From the NCBI GenBank assembly GCA_013265495.1, contig MU058059.1, positions 248,001 through 312,000 on the forward strand: a stretch of DNA of 64,000 nt. Direction: 5' to 3'. The stretch is from Vicugna vicugna. Taxonomy: Eukaryota. Position numbers and translations under genes: made by a program. Position 1 is the stretch's first letter; the number at the start of each line of letters is the position of its first letter. This document shows positions 23,385 to 36,562 of the stretch, in pieces. The notes beneath the pieces are model-generated. The model had not been told where the DNA came from and made no database searches. It saw nothing but the letters and a program-made list of their open reading frames with translations.

Positions 23385-25507
23385 CTGAGCAGAGAAACAC
23401 TCTGATTATACCTAACTTCAGTTCTTTCAAAGCTGATCAACATTATTGAGCCTACCCATTGAATTAAGATAAAATTGCATGATTCAACACAGAAAAATGT
23501 CAACCGTTGAACATAAGGGTGCTGAAATAACCAATCCCACTCTGGCAAACACCCAAGGCATCCCCCATAGCAACAGAGCTGATGGCATAGCAACAGCAGC
23601 TGCCTCCCCACAAAAAAATCAGAAGAAACATTCTTGGGAAAAAAAGCATAATCCACGTTAAAGTCAAGTATGACATTTTTCTTCAACAAAAAAACTCAGG
23701 GAGAGTGCATGTGTTAAATGGTACTATTCCTTAGCAGCTGTAAAAGCCCCAGTGCAGGGTGAAAGCCACTTTGATTTCAGCACTCAAGCAAGGACAAGGG
23801 CTTTGAAGTGAAAACTTCTAGATTGTTCTCAAACTGCTATGTTCCTTGAAAAGTTAGCAAATGATCTTTTATTTATCTTGCTAAAAGGTTTACCAGAATT
23901 CTGAGGATGTATCATGTGAAAGAAAAACTGACTATAGTTAGAAACGTACTTCATCAGCACTTGAATATTAAGATCGAAAATGAGATACAGTGAGTGAAAG
24001 AAATATTCTCAGATTTCATTGAAGTAATTGGTAGAATTAGAGTTTGCAGGCCTCTGAGCTGAACATTTGCACACAGGCTGGGCACATTTCACAGACGACT
24101 TTGATCACTGGACACCTGCAGAGTGTGGGAGAGTCTGATCCCACTCTGTGACTCAGACACCGAGGCAGCCATCCATAGTAGGCCTGAATCGTGGAAGGAC
24201 CAACTCCCAGAAACACCAATTCTATTCTGAGTTTTGGCAGGGGGGTCACCCTGAAGGATCCGAGGAGTCTGAGGGTAAAACAACTACAGCTGGAAGAGCC
24301 AAGAACAGAACGAGCCTAACACTTGGATGGACCATCACGCCAGCTTGGGGTGTGTGCAATTCAAGGCCTCCTGCAGAGCCTCAACCGCAGGATGCGGCTA
24401 GGCATACAGACCCTCCAGGCGTTCGCTGCTGGTTTCCTCTGGAATCCCATGTGACCAGAGAGAGTCAAGGTAGACTTCTGCACCTGTCTCCGAGTAGATC
24501 AAGTCCTTTCTGACCGCTGGAGGTGATGTGACCATGCAATGCCTTTCTTCCCAGAGTTCATAAGTCTATGGCCTTCGATCTACGTCTGTATCATTAGAGG
24601 TGGAAGGTGGGAGGATGTCCAACCATTTCAGGCATTGTTATTTTAATCAACTAATTCTCCTTGTTTTCTATCAAAATTAATACACCCAAGTGTGTTAGTT
24701 TTGAAGCAGGAGGATCTCAAGGACTCCTGCTGTGAGGTGTGGCCCTGCAGCCTGACCCAGTCACGGTCTAAAAGGTCTCAGTCAAAAGGAGGCAAAGAAG
24801 GCACGCGTGAGCCCGGGGAGCCTGAGCCTGGAGGCCCCCCCGCAACCCGGTCAAAGGCACGGCAGGGAAGTGGGCAGACCCGAGGGCACGGGGCGCGTGT
24901 GACGCTGCCCAGGGGTCTCTCCCCGACAAACAGGGAACTTCCAATATGCGGTCCTTCCCCTCCCTTCTCCTATTTTTTGCACCCAATAGGATCCACTCAT
25001 GGCTTCTTCCTCGGCTTCCAGGAAGTCTCTAGTTCCTTCGTGCACGGAGGAAAACCTTGACAATATTTGCATAAATTCCACTTTATTTTCTGCACCCCAA
25101 CCTCTGTCTGACCTCCATCTTCCCCACCTGCCACCCTGAAAGGCACAAGTAAGTTGTTCTTTCAGAACCAGGATTCACCTAATCTCTACTCCTAACCCCA
25201 GTCATCTCTGGATCAACCAGACTTTTAAGTCAGTGTCCCCAGGGTGCTAGTCCCAGGTACCTGGGAGCACTCGTGGCTCTTCTAACCGTCTTAACCCTAC
25301 CTGTACCCCACCCCAACCCAGGGACACGTCTTGCTCCCGGGAAGAGGCTTCCGGTCTGTGCCCGGAATCCCAGCCCTCGCATCAGGGACTAGAGCGTGCT
25401 CTGAGCTGCCTGGCCCCGCTCTTTCACTCTGCCAGTCCCTAGGTTCTCCAGGTAGACCTGGGTCCAAGCCTTGCACTACGTGACCTTCCCTCTCACTGCA
25501 TGTTCTT

Positions 25508-25658
25508 TCCTTTTTCTTTTAAACTGAAGTATAGTTGGGAGTTCGAGATTTGCAAATATTAACTACTATACATAAACACATAAAAAACCAAATTTCTTCT
25601 GTATAGCATACGGAACTATACTATCACGTAATAACCCACAATGAGAAAGACTACGGAA
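25508..25658 (-). mobile_element. Mini L1 insertion with 5' inversion
   Basis: T-rich tail plus antisense L1 terminus 'tgaagtatagttg', then sense L1 3'UTR 'ggagttcgagatttgc...ctgtatagcatacggaactata'; TSD actgcatgttctt / actccatgttctt. Confidence 0.8.
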
Positions 25659-27699
25659 ACTCCATGTTCTTCTAAACAGACAATGACATTCTCCATGAAT
25701 GACCTTCAAGTCTCCGTCTTTACCATTCCGGTCCTTCATTTCCAGCTTCTATTTCATGCACCGCTTCACTTGTTACACAGCACTGGCCCACACCTACACC
25801 CAAGTAATTTCCATTCCAAACCAGCAGCCACTCACGAGTTCTCTATTTTTAGTGGACCGACACATTCCTATCACACAAATCCAAAGCCCCAGGGCTCATA
25901 CCTATTTCTTGTTCTCTCTTATCTGCCCCTTTCTAGAAGCCACCTTTATTTCTACTGCTATGAACCGTCACTCAGATTCTAATTATAATCATTTGTGACA
26001 CTGAAGAAGTCTCTCTGCCTTCCTCCCCGCCCCTCTCCATTTTCAGCCTACACATTGCTGACATCAACACTACAGAAGGACAGTGTTGGTTGTGCTCTGG
26101 GTTATAAGGTGCAGACACGGCTAAGTCTAGGAGTTACTTTCCCCAGAATCTCCTCTTCCCCTAAGGCTGAGTCGGGCTGGTCAAAAGAGGAACTTGTGCA
26201 AGATGTGGAAGGCGGCACAGGGCAGCCAGTCACTGGTCTGGGAAGGATATCATGGTGAGACATGGTGACGGATGAAGAGACGCCCAGCAGGGTCCAGCTG
26301 GTCCCTGCTCTCCTGCATGGTGTGCCTGGCTTCTCCTCCTGACCAGCCCCAGGCTCAAGGATGCCAATCCTCAGGGACAGGAGCTTCTGGGGTCTGCAGC
26401 TCCCCTAGAGGTGGCGGTCCCCTCACCTTTCCATCAGCCCCTCTGAGGTCACAGGTCTGTGGCAGCACGTGCTCGGATCCCTGGGTTTTCCTGCAGCCCT
26501 CACCCTCAGATGGTCGAGGCGGTGACATTCTCTGACCCTTCAACAACCTCCCTTCCAGATCTTCTCTCTCCAGCTGTCGCCTACATTTGTGTAAGGTCAC
26601 TTGGGCAGATATAAGTCATTTATTCCCACAATACTTACCGAGTTTTCCTGCTTGAAACCTGACAAGTGTATGCTCTTGCCTTTGTTTGAACACACACAAA
26701 TATACATGCAGCTGCACACACTTCCTTGGCTTGCTACTGACTACAAGTTTGGTTGCAAATCTTTACTTGGAAACTCTACATTTTACCCTTAACTTTCCAG
26801 ATACAGCTCTCCAACACTTCCACTCAAACCCTATTCTTAGGCCAGGATACACTGCTGTTTACTTCTGACAGTCAGACTGTACCACTGTGGAGTCTCACTC
26901 TCTCTTCCTTAACTCTACCCAGAGAAGTCCCACAGGTCCCAGAAAACCTTGTCTCCACGACGGCCATCAGAGGTCCTTTGTTACTCTCACCAGTGAGTGC
27001 CTTTTTGATCTCTGCCTACCTTCAGTCCAAAACACGTCGTTTGAGAACCCATCACAGTTTGTCTAACGCTGTCGGTATTTTTTGCGTATTTTTCTTACTT
27101 TCTAATGGAATACTTTGTGTGTCCCACAGGACCTGTCATGGTCCCTCAGAATACAACTAGGTGCTCACTCAGTGTCAGCTTAGCACACGGACAAACACCG
27201 ATTTCGTCCCACGATTTCCTTGACACATCAGTGACACTCGCCGTTTTATAATTAAACAAAGTTCAGAGTGACGTTATTTCGTACTGGCCATCTAGAAGGG
27301 AACTTCTTTCATAGTATTTTGTATTATGAAAAATTCACTGAACGATTTGGTTGTGAAAGAATCTTAACATGTACAGAATTCAACACACCTCATGTAACTT
27401 AATGAAAAGTATCAAACAAAATGTGTTTTCATATTACTGTTTACTACAGTTGTGAACACAGTTAAGTCCACTCAACACAGAAATGTCTAAATTAAAAATA
27501 ATGAAAATGATTATGTGATGGCAGATAATCTTGAAATAGAATTTTTTTTCATAAATTTTTTATTTTACAATAAATTCACTCACTGCAAGGAAAAAAAAGA
27601 CATGAAAAATCATGGAATGTTATAAACCTGGTTCCTATCACTAAAACACTAAAATATTCACATATTCAGAGTGATCTGTGTAAAGGTGACTCCTCTGAT

Positions 27700-27965
27700 G
27701 TTGTTTTTATTTTTTTATTTTATTTTTTTTTATTGAAGTGTAATTGATCTACAATGTTAGTTTCAGGTGTACAGCAAAGTGATTCAGTTATACATAGACA
27801 TATGCGTAAATACACACACATATTTTCAGATTCTTTTCCATTATAGCTTATTATAAGAAACTGAATATGGTTCCCTGTGCTATACAGTAGGTCCTTGTTG
27901 TTGATCTATTTTATATATAGTTGTGTGTCTGTTAATCATAAACCCCTAATTCATCCTTCTTCCCC
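27700..27965 (-). mobile_element. L1 3' end
   Basis: polyT/ttta tail then 'attgaagtgtaattgatctacaatgttagtttcaggtgtacagc...ttccctgtgctatacagtaggtcc'. Confidence 0.85.
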
Positions 27966-29250
27966 GACGCTTTTGAGTTGCTAACAGTCAAGCAGCAAAA
28001 CACAGACTAACATGCAACCCCTCCTTAAGGTTTTTTTTTTTATCAGCTAAACTGTTTTTTGTGTTTTCGTTTTTTTTTTCTTTTTTAACCTTCAAGCTGA
28101 TAGGGATTATGGAACATAAAAATGTCACCATGCAGTAAGTGAGGCTGTCACTGTTCCTAGGAACTGTCTGTGCGTGCCCTGCACTCCGCTAAATGACACT
28201 GGCAGCTGTAACAGCTGTCAGAAGTAATGGCCTTGAGGATGCTTCACAAGGCAGTGACGCTCCCTGTTCATCAGATCCAGCTAGTGTGTGTGGAAGTTAG
28301 AACTGCCAGGTCATTCCTTTCACATTACAATAGTCCTGACCGCTTCACTCCCGCTGCCATCTGTGACTTAGTGCTGCCTGCCCACCGGGCGCTGTAGTGA
28401 ACGCCTTATACTCGTTATAGGAAGGATTACCACCATTCCATGGACGTCAAGGAGCGCCGAACACACGGTCATTTCTTCAAGGCCACACAGCTGGCAGGAC
28501 TGGCACTTTTGCCTCGAATGACCCGAGGCCCAAGCTCTAACTCCTCGAAGCCTTGCTCTGCCCTGTGTGGCTTCAATGGCTTGATAATTTTATCTTTAAT
28601 AATATCAAAATTAATGAAAGCTCTGTCCCACCTCCTTTCAGAACATGAATCTTACACTCACATCTTCACACATATTGAATTTTTCCCCCAGTGGCCTCAC
28701 TAAACACATAGCTAGCCATTTATTAAATCACATTTATTCTTTCCAAAGTATTCTTTCTTCATTTCTGCTCCAAGGCACCACCCTATATAAATCCTTCTTT
28801 TACTTATTAAACACTCATTGAGCACCTTACATGTTCAGAACAGGGCTTAGGATCAAAGAAGGAAAGAAAATGCAAGAGGAATTTTTACCCTTAACAGCTT
28901 TAAAATTTCATTGGTGGCACTGGTCAGATCCCATATTAAATTATCTTTCTATACACTTATCTTGTTATTTTTTAGAGCAATCCTGTAAATAATGTAAAAT
29001 TGTATCGATGTTACATAAGAGAAACTGAACGCTCAAACAGCACAAAGTCTGAGAACAAGGCCACACACTGCCTGCGATGGTGTAGGTCCTGAATTTAACC
29101 TAGACGCCCTCAGAAAATACAGTCCGGACTCTCTAATCAATTACAGTTTTTCAAGCAACTGTCCAAAAGGGAAGCACTCTGTGAATGATACAAACAAAAG
29201 ATGCCTGGTGTTCAAGGAAAGAGAAATCATTTCTATCTGGATCAGTATCA

Positions 29251-29987
29251 GAGAAAAGGGAGCCCTCCTACACTGCTGGTGGGAATGTAAATTGGTGCAG
29301 CCACTATGGAGGACAGTATGGAGGCTCCTCAAAAAACTAAAGCTAGACTTACCATATGATCCAGTAATTCCACTCCTGGGCATATATCTGAAGGGGACTC
29401 TAAATGAAAAGATACACGCACCCCAATGTTGATAGCAGCACTATTTTACAATAGCCAAGACATGGAAGTAACCTAAACGTCCATTGACAGATGACTGGAT
29501 AAATAAAGTTGTGGTATATTGATACAGTGGAATACTCCTCAGCCATGAAAGAATAAAATGCCACTTGCAGCAACACAGATGGACCTAGAGATTATCATTC
29601 TAAGTGAAGTAAGTCAGACAGAGAAAGACAAATACCATACGATATCACTTGTGTGGAATCTAAAAAAAATGACACAAATGAATGTATTTACAAAACAGAA
29701 ACAGACTCACACAGAAAACAAACTTATGGTTGCCAGGGTGTGGGTGGAGGGATAAATTGGAAGTTCAAGATTTGCAGATACAAACTACAATATATAAAAT
29801 AGATAAACAACAAGGTCCTACTGTATAGCACAGGGAACTATAGTCAATATCCTGTAATAACCTGTAACGAAAAAGAGCATGAAAAGGAATATATATATGT
29901 ATAACTGAAACATTGCGCTGTACACCAGAAATTGACACAACATTGCAAAGCAACTATACTTCAATTAAAAAAAACCCCAAAAACAAA
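29251..29987 (+). mobile_element. L1 ORF2 C-terminus plus 3'UTR with A tail
   Basis: ORF text '[41 protein letters not shown]'; ends 'caactatacttcaattaaaaaaaa'. Confidence 0.92.
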
Positions 29988-30550
29988 GATTCATTCTCCT
30001 TTAATACAATTCACACTTCCTCTAACATAATTCTCCCCTGTTGTAGTTCAAGGTGGTTTGATCCGCACTGTGTATGAAGCAGAAACACCTTCGCTTGGAA
30101 TTTAAGGTTCTGCTCAAGCCATGTCTCCCAGTTCTCCTGACCCTGGATTTTGGCATCAGCTACATTCATCCATTCAGAGCCCCCGAATCGGGTTACTGAC
30201 TCACCCAGTTCGCCGGCGCCTGCCCACTTTCAGTGCTCCAAGTCTTGTCCCTGGGAAAACCCCTCTGTCCTAAGGCAACTGGGCGAGCTGGTCACCCTCC
30301 CTCACAGGCAGTCCACTTTCCCAAATTTCCACGTTTTTTATTTAACTTTTCAGCAACATTGCTCTATCGTGAAGGGCACACCCTGTAAAGCTTAGTGCAA
30401 ACAACACCGCGCTCACCTGGTATATGGGAGCAGATGGACCCAAAAGAATTACCACTGGGTTTGACAGGTTGGGATCAGATACTGAAGACTTTTTAAAAGC
30501 TATTTACTTGGAAATACAATTGAAATACAAAAAACTTGGAAGAATAAGTG

Positions 30551-31213
30551 CAGTAATTCCCTGGTATATAAGGGGGAATTGGCTCCAGGACCCCCAGAAA
30601 AACCCATGGACATTCAAGTCCCTCATATAAAATGGCACAGTATTTGCACACAACCTATGCTAAATACACTTTAAGTCATTTCCAGATTACTTATAATACC
30701 TATATAACGTAAATACTATGTAAATAGATATAAACACAATATAAATGATATGTAAATACAGTTGACCCTTTTAACAACACAGGTTTGAACTTCGAGGGTT
30801 CACTTACATGGCGATTTTCCCACTGAACACCGCATGCCGTTCAGCGGTGCTACACCATCCGCAGGCGGCTGAGTATGCAGACACAGAGCTGTGGAGTGCG
30901 GGGGGTGGGAGGGAGGCGACTGTAAAGTTATACTGGGATTTTTGACTTCAGGAGGGCTTAGTGCCCTTAACGCAGGCATTGTTCAAGGCTAAACTGTCCT
31001 TGTAAACACAATGTTTATGTAAATAGCTGCAAATACAATGCAAATACTGTATTAATGGTTATAAATACAACATAAATGATACGTAAATAGTTGCCAGTGC
31101 AGCAAGTTCAAGTTTTGCTTTTTGGAACTTCCTGGAATTTGTTTCCCTGAATATTTTCCATCCTCAGTTGCTAACTGTCGATGCAGAAACTGCAGATATG
31201 GCGGGACTGACTG
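30551..31213 (+). mobile_element. MER2-like TcMar-Tigger element, interrupted by a MER8/Tigger2-like element
   Basis: 'cagtaattccctggtatataagggggaattggctccaggacccc...caagtccctcatataaaatggc' to 'gatatggcgggactgactg|ta'. Confidence 0.8.
30759..30996. mobile_element. MER8/Tigger2-like MITE nested in MER2
   Basis: TIRs 'ta|cagttgacccttttaacaac' and 'attgttcaaggctaaactg'. Confidence 0.8.
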
Positions 31214-32736
31214 TACAAAGAACATGCACTTACCTATTACTCAGATTCACCTGGATAAATGTGTTATCATTTGTATTCTGGCACATTTTTTTTTTTTAGA
31301 TTTTTCTTTTTACACCAAGGTTCAAAAGATTTTTTAACATGGTGTAGTGATTTTCAGAGGCAGGAGAAGTCACTTCTAACCAGGAAGAAATAATGGAGGA
31401 ACTGGCCACAAGCAAAGAGTTTCTGTGAGGTTAAAACTTCCGAGTTCTGCTTCAGGAAAACACTAAGTGCAAGGGTGTCTAGTAAGATCTAGAAGGAAGA
31501 GCAGTCTGGAGACAGAGGGACTGCTCAGCAGAGGACCCCGCAGCTCCCGCACCAAGAGCCTGTGCTGATGGACATATCTACTGATGGGCTGCAGTAAAAC
31601 TCAAGTAATAATACTCTCTCACTGCCCAAGGTGGATAATAGCGCCTCAAATTTTCCTGACTCTTTGACCTGACTTAAGATGATTTATGTCTAAGTTTTTT
31701 TTTTTCACATTTCCCTTAAGAAACAGAGACCCACTTATCACATCCGTTTTCTCACTCTGGTCATTGATAAATACCATGGCGAAACTGAGGACCACAGGAA
31801 AAGCGCGTCTCGTTATTTCATGTGATGGGCTAGTTTTCTGGCAGTATTACACTGGGTGAGCTCAGTAGTAACTGAAAATATTCTTCACTCCTGAAGCGCT
31901 GGGATGCTGCTTTTAATTATCATTGAAATGCCACCAGAGATACATTGAAACAGTTTTTGATCAGATACAAACTAACAAACTGTATCCAACTGCTACAGGG
32001 AGAATTTTTTAATTTCACAGTTGGTTGAAAAATATACTGTCATGGCATAAGGGAGAAAATTCAGCAACGGCTACCTGTGATTCAAGAATATACAGCAGCA
32101 AATGAGAGGAAGCACTAGCAATCTGGTTGAAAACACTTTTACACATGACAAAACCTCAAGCGTCTCTATCTGATCTCATAAGACTTCAAAGATCTGCTCT
32201 GTATTTTCTTTACTACTATATCTGGACAAAAACCAAACTTTCATTTAGTTTATTGCTCCCTTGTCAAAATCTCATTGGAATTCTCTCCTTTTATTTTTGA
32301 AGTGTCTAGTATCTGACACTTCCACTTCTCACGTGGGCATTCTGTATGCGTTGTTCTAATAAACACACCTACAGCTGACACTTTGGGTTGATACTGTTCT
32401 GTCTGTTCCAGGGCAAGAAATTAGGGGAGTCTTTACTGAGAAAACAGTAGTTCTGATAAATACAGGGTTGTTTTCCTCCATGAGAAGCACCACCAATAGC
32501 AACATGTGCGTTTCAATCTGCAACGCCACGTGCAGCCAACTGAAAAGACGACAATGCAGGCATCTGCAGAACCTCGTTCTTGGGATTATTGCACAGGGTT
32601 GTGCTGGGGTCAGTCAAGACTCGCCAGTAGCTTGAAGTTGGCCACAGAGACAGCAGACACACCACAGAAACGACGAATACGATACAACTTATTCTGAAAG
32701 CTGGGTATGAAACGTCACCAGCACACCACTGCCTAC

Positions 32737-32798
32737 CCAGGATCTTCGGGTTGTAATTCTGGTTTTAAAACTACCAGATCATGGACAGACAGGTAGAA
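32737..32798 (-). CDS. Candidate internal exon (62 nt); single open frame FYLSVHDLVVLKPELQPEDP(G)
   Basis: Branch-like ttaac/ctcaac, acceptor cccgtttttcttgcattcag|, donor TGG|gtaggc; phase 0 start and phase 2 end. Confidence 0.35.
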
Positions 32799-35700
32799 CT
32801 GAATGCAAGAAAAACGGGTTGAGTTAACTTGGGATTGTCTGTCAATAGCTGGTAACTCGAATTCACCTCGTAAAGGCAAAGAATTAGAACAATGTTTGGA
32901 GAGGACTGTGGACAAGGAAGGAAGATCTTTTCAGACAGAGATGATCCCAGTTGGGCTCCTCAGAAATCACAAATATAAACAAATCTCTTCTATGTCACAG
33001 ATAGGCTAATGGCTGATGGCTACAGAAACATGAGCTCCCAAGACAGACTAAAACAAGAACAAACAAATCTTGGAAATAAAAAAGGCATTAAATAAAATTC
33101 TCAGCATCCTGATTAGGTAAGAAAGTTGAACACATGACACATGCTGAAAGCTATCCCTTCCTTTTGTGCATAACTTAGTGTCTATGGAGCAAATTACAGA
33201 CCAACTTCAATTCTGGCACAAACTGAATGATTTAACTGATTTCATGTGAAAGGCCAATTGAGGAAATAAATATTTAGAAAGAAGAGGGATATATCAAGAC
33301 TTCATAGATGGTGTGAGACTAGACAGAGCAAAGAGAAGATTCATATATATAACTATATGTTTATCAAAAGTAGGCAGTTTAGAGAAATGAAAAATTATTC
33401 CACAGTAAAAGCCACATTATCAACAAGAGTCTTATTTTATTATTCTCTGTAAGTTACGTGGCTGCTTTCAGGTAGTCCAGTCTCTCTTCTTCAGAAAGTA
33501 AGATGGATGGATTTCAACCTTCCTTCTAAAAGCCAAGATGAATCAAGTTCCATGTAGGTTCCCTTGAAAGACCATCAAAGAATCTTTACATGAGTTTCAA
33601 GTAGAATCATTTCTTTAACAATGCAATGTGTCAGTCACACCTACAAACTCATTCTGCTTCGTAGTCCCCTACTAAGATGGAAAAACACTTTTTTTCCCTC
33701 CCCATCAAATATGGTCTAAGTAGCTTTTCATTTTACTTTTCCATAAAACTTTCACAGTAAAAAGGAGACCTGAGGGTATTTTCTCATCTTGTTGCAGACG
33801 GTGACAGCACAAAATGTGCACACACGCCCACACGAGGAACTTAATAATACTCTAGGCGGAGTCTATTTTTGGACTAATAGAACTCCTTTACGCAGAGCAT
33901 CTGTACTGCGAAAACATCTTTAAATGCTGGAAATAATTCTGGATAAAACATTAAGGAAAAAGTAATCTTTGCTTTTCCCACACTGGATCGAAATAATTAA
34001 ATGAAGTAAAAGGCTTGGCCACTTTACAAAGATGTTCTAATGGCTTGTATCGATCATGATCTCAATTTGCTTCTGCGCAGTTTACAGAGCTGCACTGTGC
34101 ACCGGAACCAGAGTGCTGGGGGAGAGACTCTCCAGCCATCCCACTGGTGCCAAAGGGCAGGAGAACGGTTTACACTTATCAGTATGGAGACGAAGACCGT
34201 TTTGAGGGAGACCAGATGACTAGCTCTCCGCTGGCTAATGCTGTATTAAAATTTACCGTTTCAGAAGCCAAGAATTCTCCCTTTGGGTTTTGGCAACCCC
34301 ATCATTTTACTTTATCCAGAAGAGACAAATCTCTCAGAGTGGAGGGAGGGTTTTAGAATAAACTGTATAATCAGAATTTACATCTGGGGCAGTGGTCCCT
34401 GATTATCTTTCCTTCCTAGTTTTGAATGATCAGATACTTCCAGTAATTTTTTGCAGACCTGTGTTATACCTTTTTCTGTTCTTATTTCTGTATTGTTTTC
34501 ATCTTAAAACTCTGTCAGTACTTTCCCTTTGGCCCTATTTGCTTGTTAAAATTTATTCACTTAAAATGTAGTCCTTTATTGAAGTTTCAGAAAAAATGTA
34601 CTGAACACTATTCACATGACAGGTAATATTCTCCAAGTGGATTCATTCGCTTACGCTACCTCAGGTTCTCTTTCCAACACAGCAAAACCTCATTTAAAGT
34701 CATGGGCAGATTAAGTTAAATCAAATAAATAGACCTTTTGATCACTGAAGTTCGTCGCAGGTGTTATTCCTGAATGACAGCATCACTGGCTTATTATTTC
34801 ATACTTAGTCATCTTGAAGTTCATCTGTCTCAGGGTAAAGACTCTCAAGAATTATAAACTATTACTTCGGGGTTCTCTGATTTGTAGCGGCAAACGTTAT
34901 AAATGTCCAGGAATCACAGCACCAGAAACAGAACCCATCCTCTCTGTGCAGTGAGCGCGGTGCCACCACTACCTCGGCATCAGTGAAAGATTATTGAAGA
35001 AATTGTTTCTTGTTAATTCCCAGTTAATGAAATAAAAGTAAAGCCTGTATGAGTAAGACCTCCCAAGTGCTGCAACTTTTGGTTCAATGACTAGAAAATA
35101 TTATTTTAAAATCTTGGTAGTTTACAAGTCTTAGAAATTTCCAACCTAAATGTGACATCAATTTATTAACTCCCGTATCATTCACAAAGCAAGTCCAGAA
35201 CCACAAAACTCTAAAGAGCAAAAGATCTAAGTAAACAGCAAGAGGCATTATTATTCAGGTGTCAATTCTTAACTTAAGCTATAGATTCAATAGAATTCCC
35301 ATCAAAGTATCAACAAATTACTTTACGGAAATTGGCAAACTGATTTTAAAGTGTATAAGGAAAGGCAAAGACTGAGGTAGCCCACACAATACTGAACGAG
35401 AAGAACAAAGCAGAAGGGCTGACACTATCTGACTTCAAGTTTACCAGGAAACTACAGTGATCAAGACGGCACAGTCCACGTGAAAGAGAAGAAAAGCATG
35501 TGACCTGAACAGACGAGAGAGCCCGGAAATAGACCAGCAAGGGAGTCAACTGATTTCTGACAAACAGCAAAGGCAATTCAATGAAAAGACAGACTTCTCA
35601 ACAAATGGTGCTGGGACAACTGAACATCCACATGCAAAAAAATCAATCTAGACACAAACCGTATTGAGTAACAGGAACTCTCATTCCTTGTTGGTAGGAA

Positions 35701-36203
35701 TGCCAAACGGCACAGCCACTGGGAACACAGTCTAGCAGTTTTTTTTTTTACAAAGCTTAATATAGGCTTATAATACAGTCCAGCAAATGCCCTCCTAGGT
35801 ATTTACCCAAATTAGCTGAAACCTTATGTCCTCACAGAAACTGCATACAAATACTTACAGTAGCTTTATTCATAACTGCCCAAATTGAAAGCAACATGCA
35901 TGTGTATGTGTGTATATATATATACACGTATGTGTGTGTATATATACGTGTGTGTGTGTGTGTATGTGTGTGTGTTTAACAAAGCTTAATATAGGCTTAT
36001 AATACAGTCCAGCAAATGCCCTCCTAGGTATTTACCCAAATTAGCTGAAACCTTATGTCCTCACAGAAACTGCATACAAATACTTACAGTAGCTTTATTC
36101 ATAACTGCCCAAATTGAAAGCAACATGCATGTGTATGTGTGTATATATATATACACGTATGTGTGTGTATATATATATGTGTGTGTGTGTGTATGTGTGT
36201 GTG

Positions 36204-36295
36204 TTTTTTTTAATGAAGGTACTGGGGATCAAAGCCAGGACCTCATACATGTTAATGTTAAGCATTTGCTCTACCACTGAGCTATACCCACCCAC
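36204..36295 (-). mobile_element. Camelid tRNA-Ala SINE, copy 1 of duplicated pair
   Basis: 'aatgaaggtactggggatcaaagccaggacctcatacatg...ctaccactgagctataccc'. Confidence 0.85.
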
Positions 36296-36475
36296 CAAGA
36301 TGTATTCAATAGGTGAACAGATAAACAAATGTGATGAGAAACTGCATACAAATACTTACAGTAGCTTTATTCATAACTGCCCAAATTGAAAGCAACATGC
36401 ATGTGTATGTGTGTATATATATATACACGTATGTGTGTGTATATATACGTGTGTGTGTGTGTGTATGTGTGTGTG

Positions 36476-36562
36476 TTTTTTTTAATGAAGGTACTGGGGA
36501 TCAAAGCCAGGACCTCATACATGTTAAGCATTTGCTCAACCACTGAGCTATACCCACCCCAC
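36476..36562 (-). mobile_element. Camelid tRNA-Ala SINE, copy 2 of duplicated pair
   Basis: Same sequence with three small differences. Confidence 0.85.

Noticed and set aside
26640..26660. 20-nt minus-strand micro-exon with strong donor TCG|gtaagt
   Set aside because: Acceptor lacks a polypyrimidine tract; insufficient support
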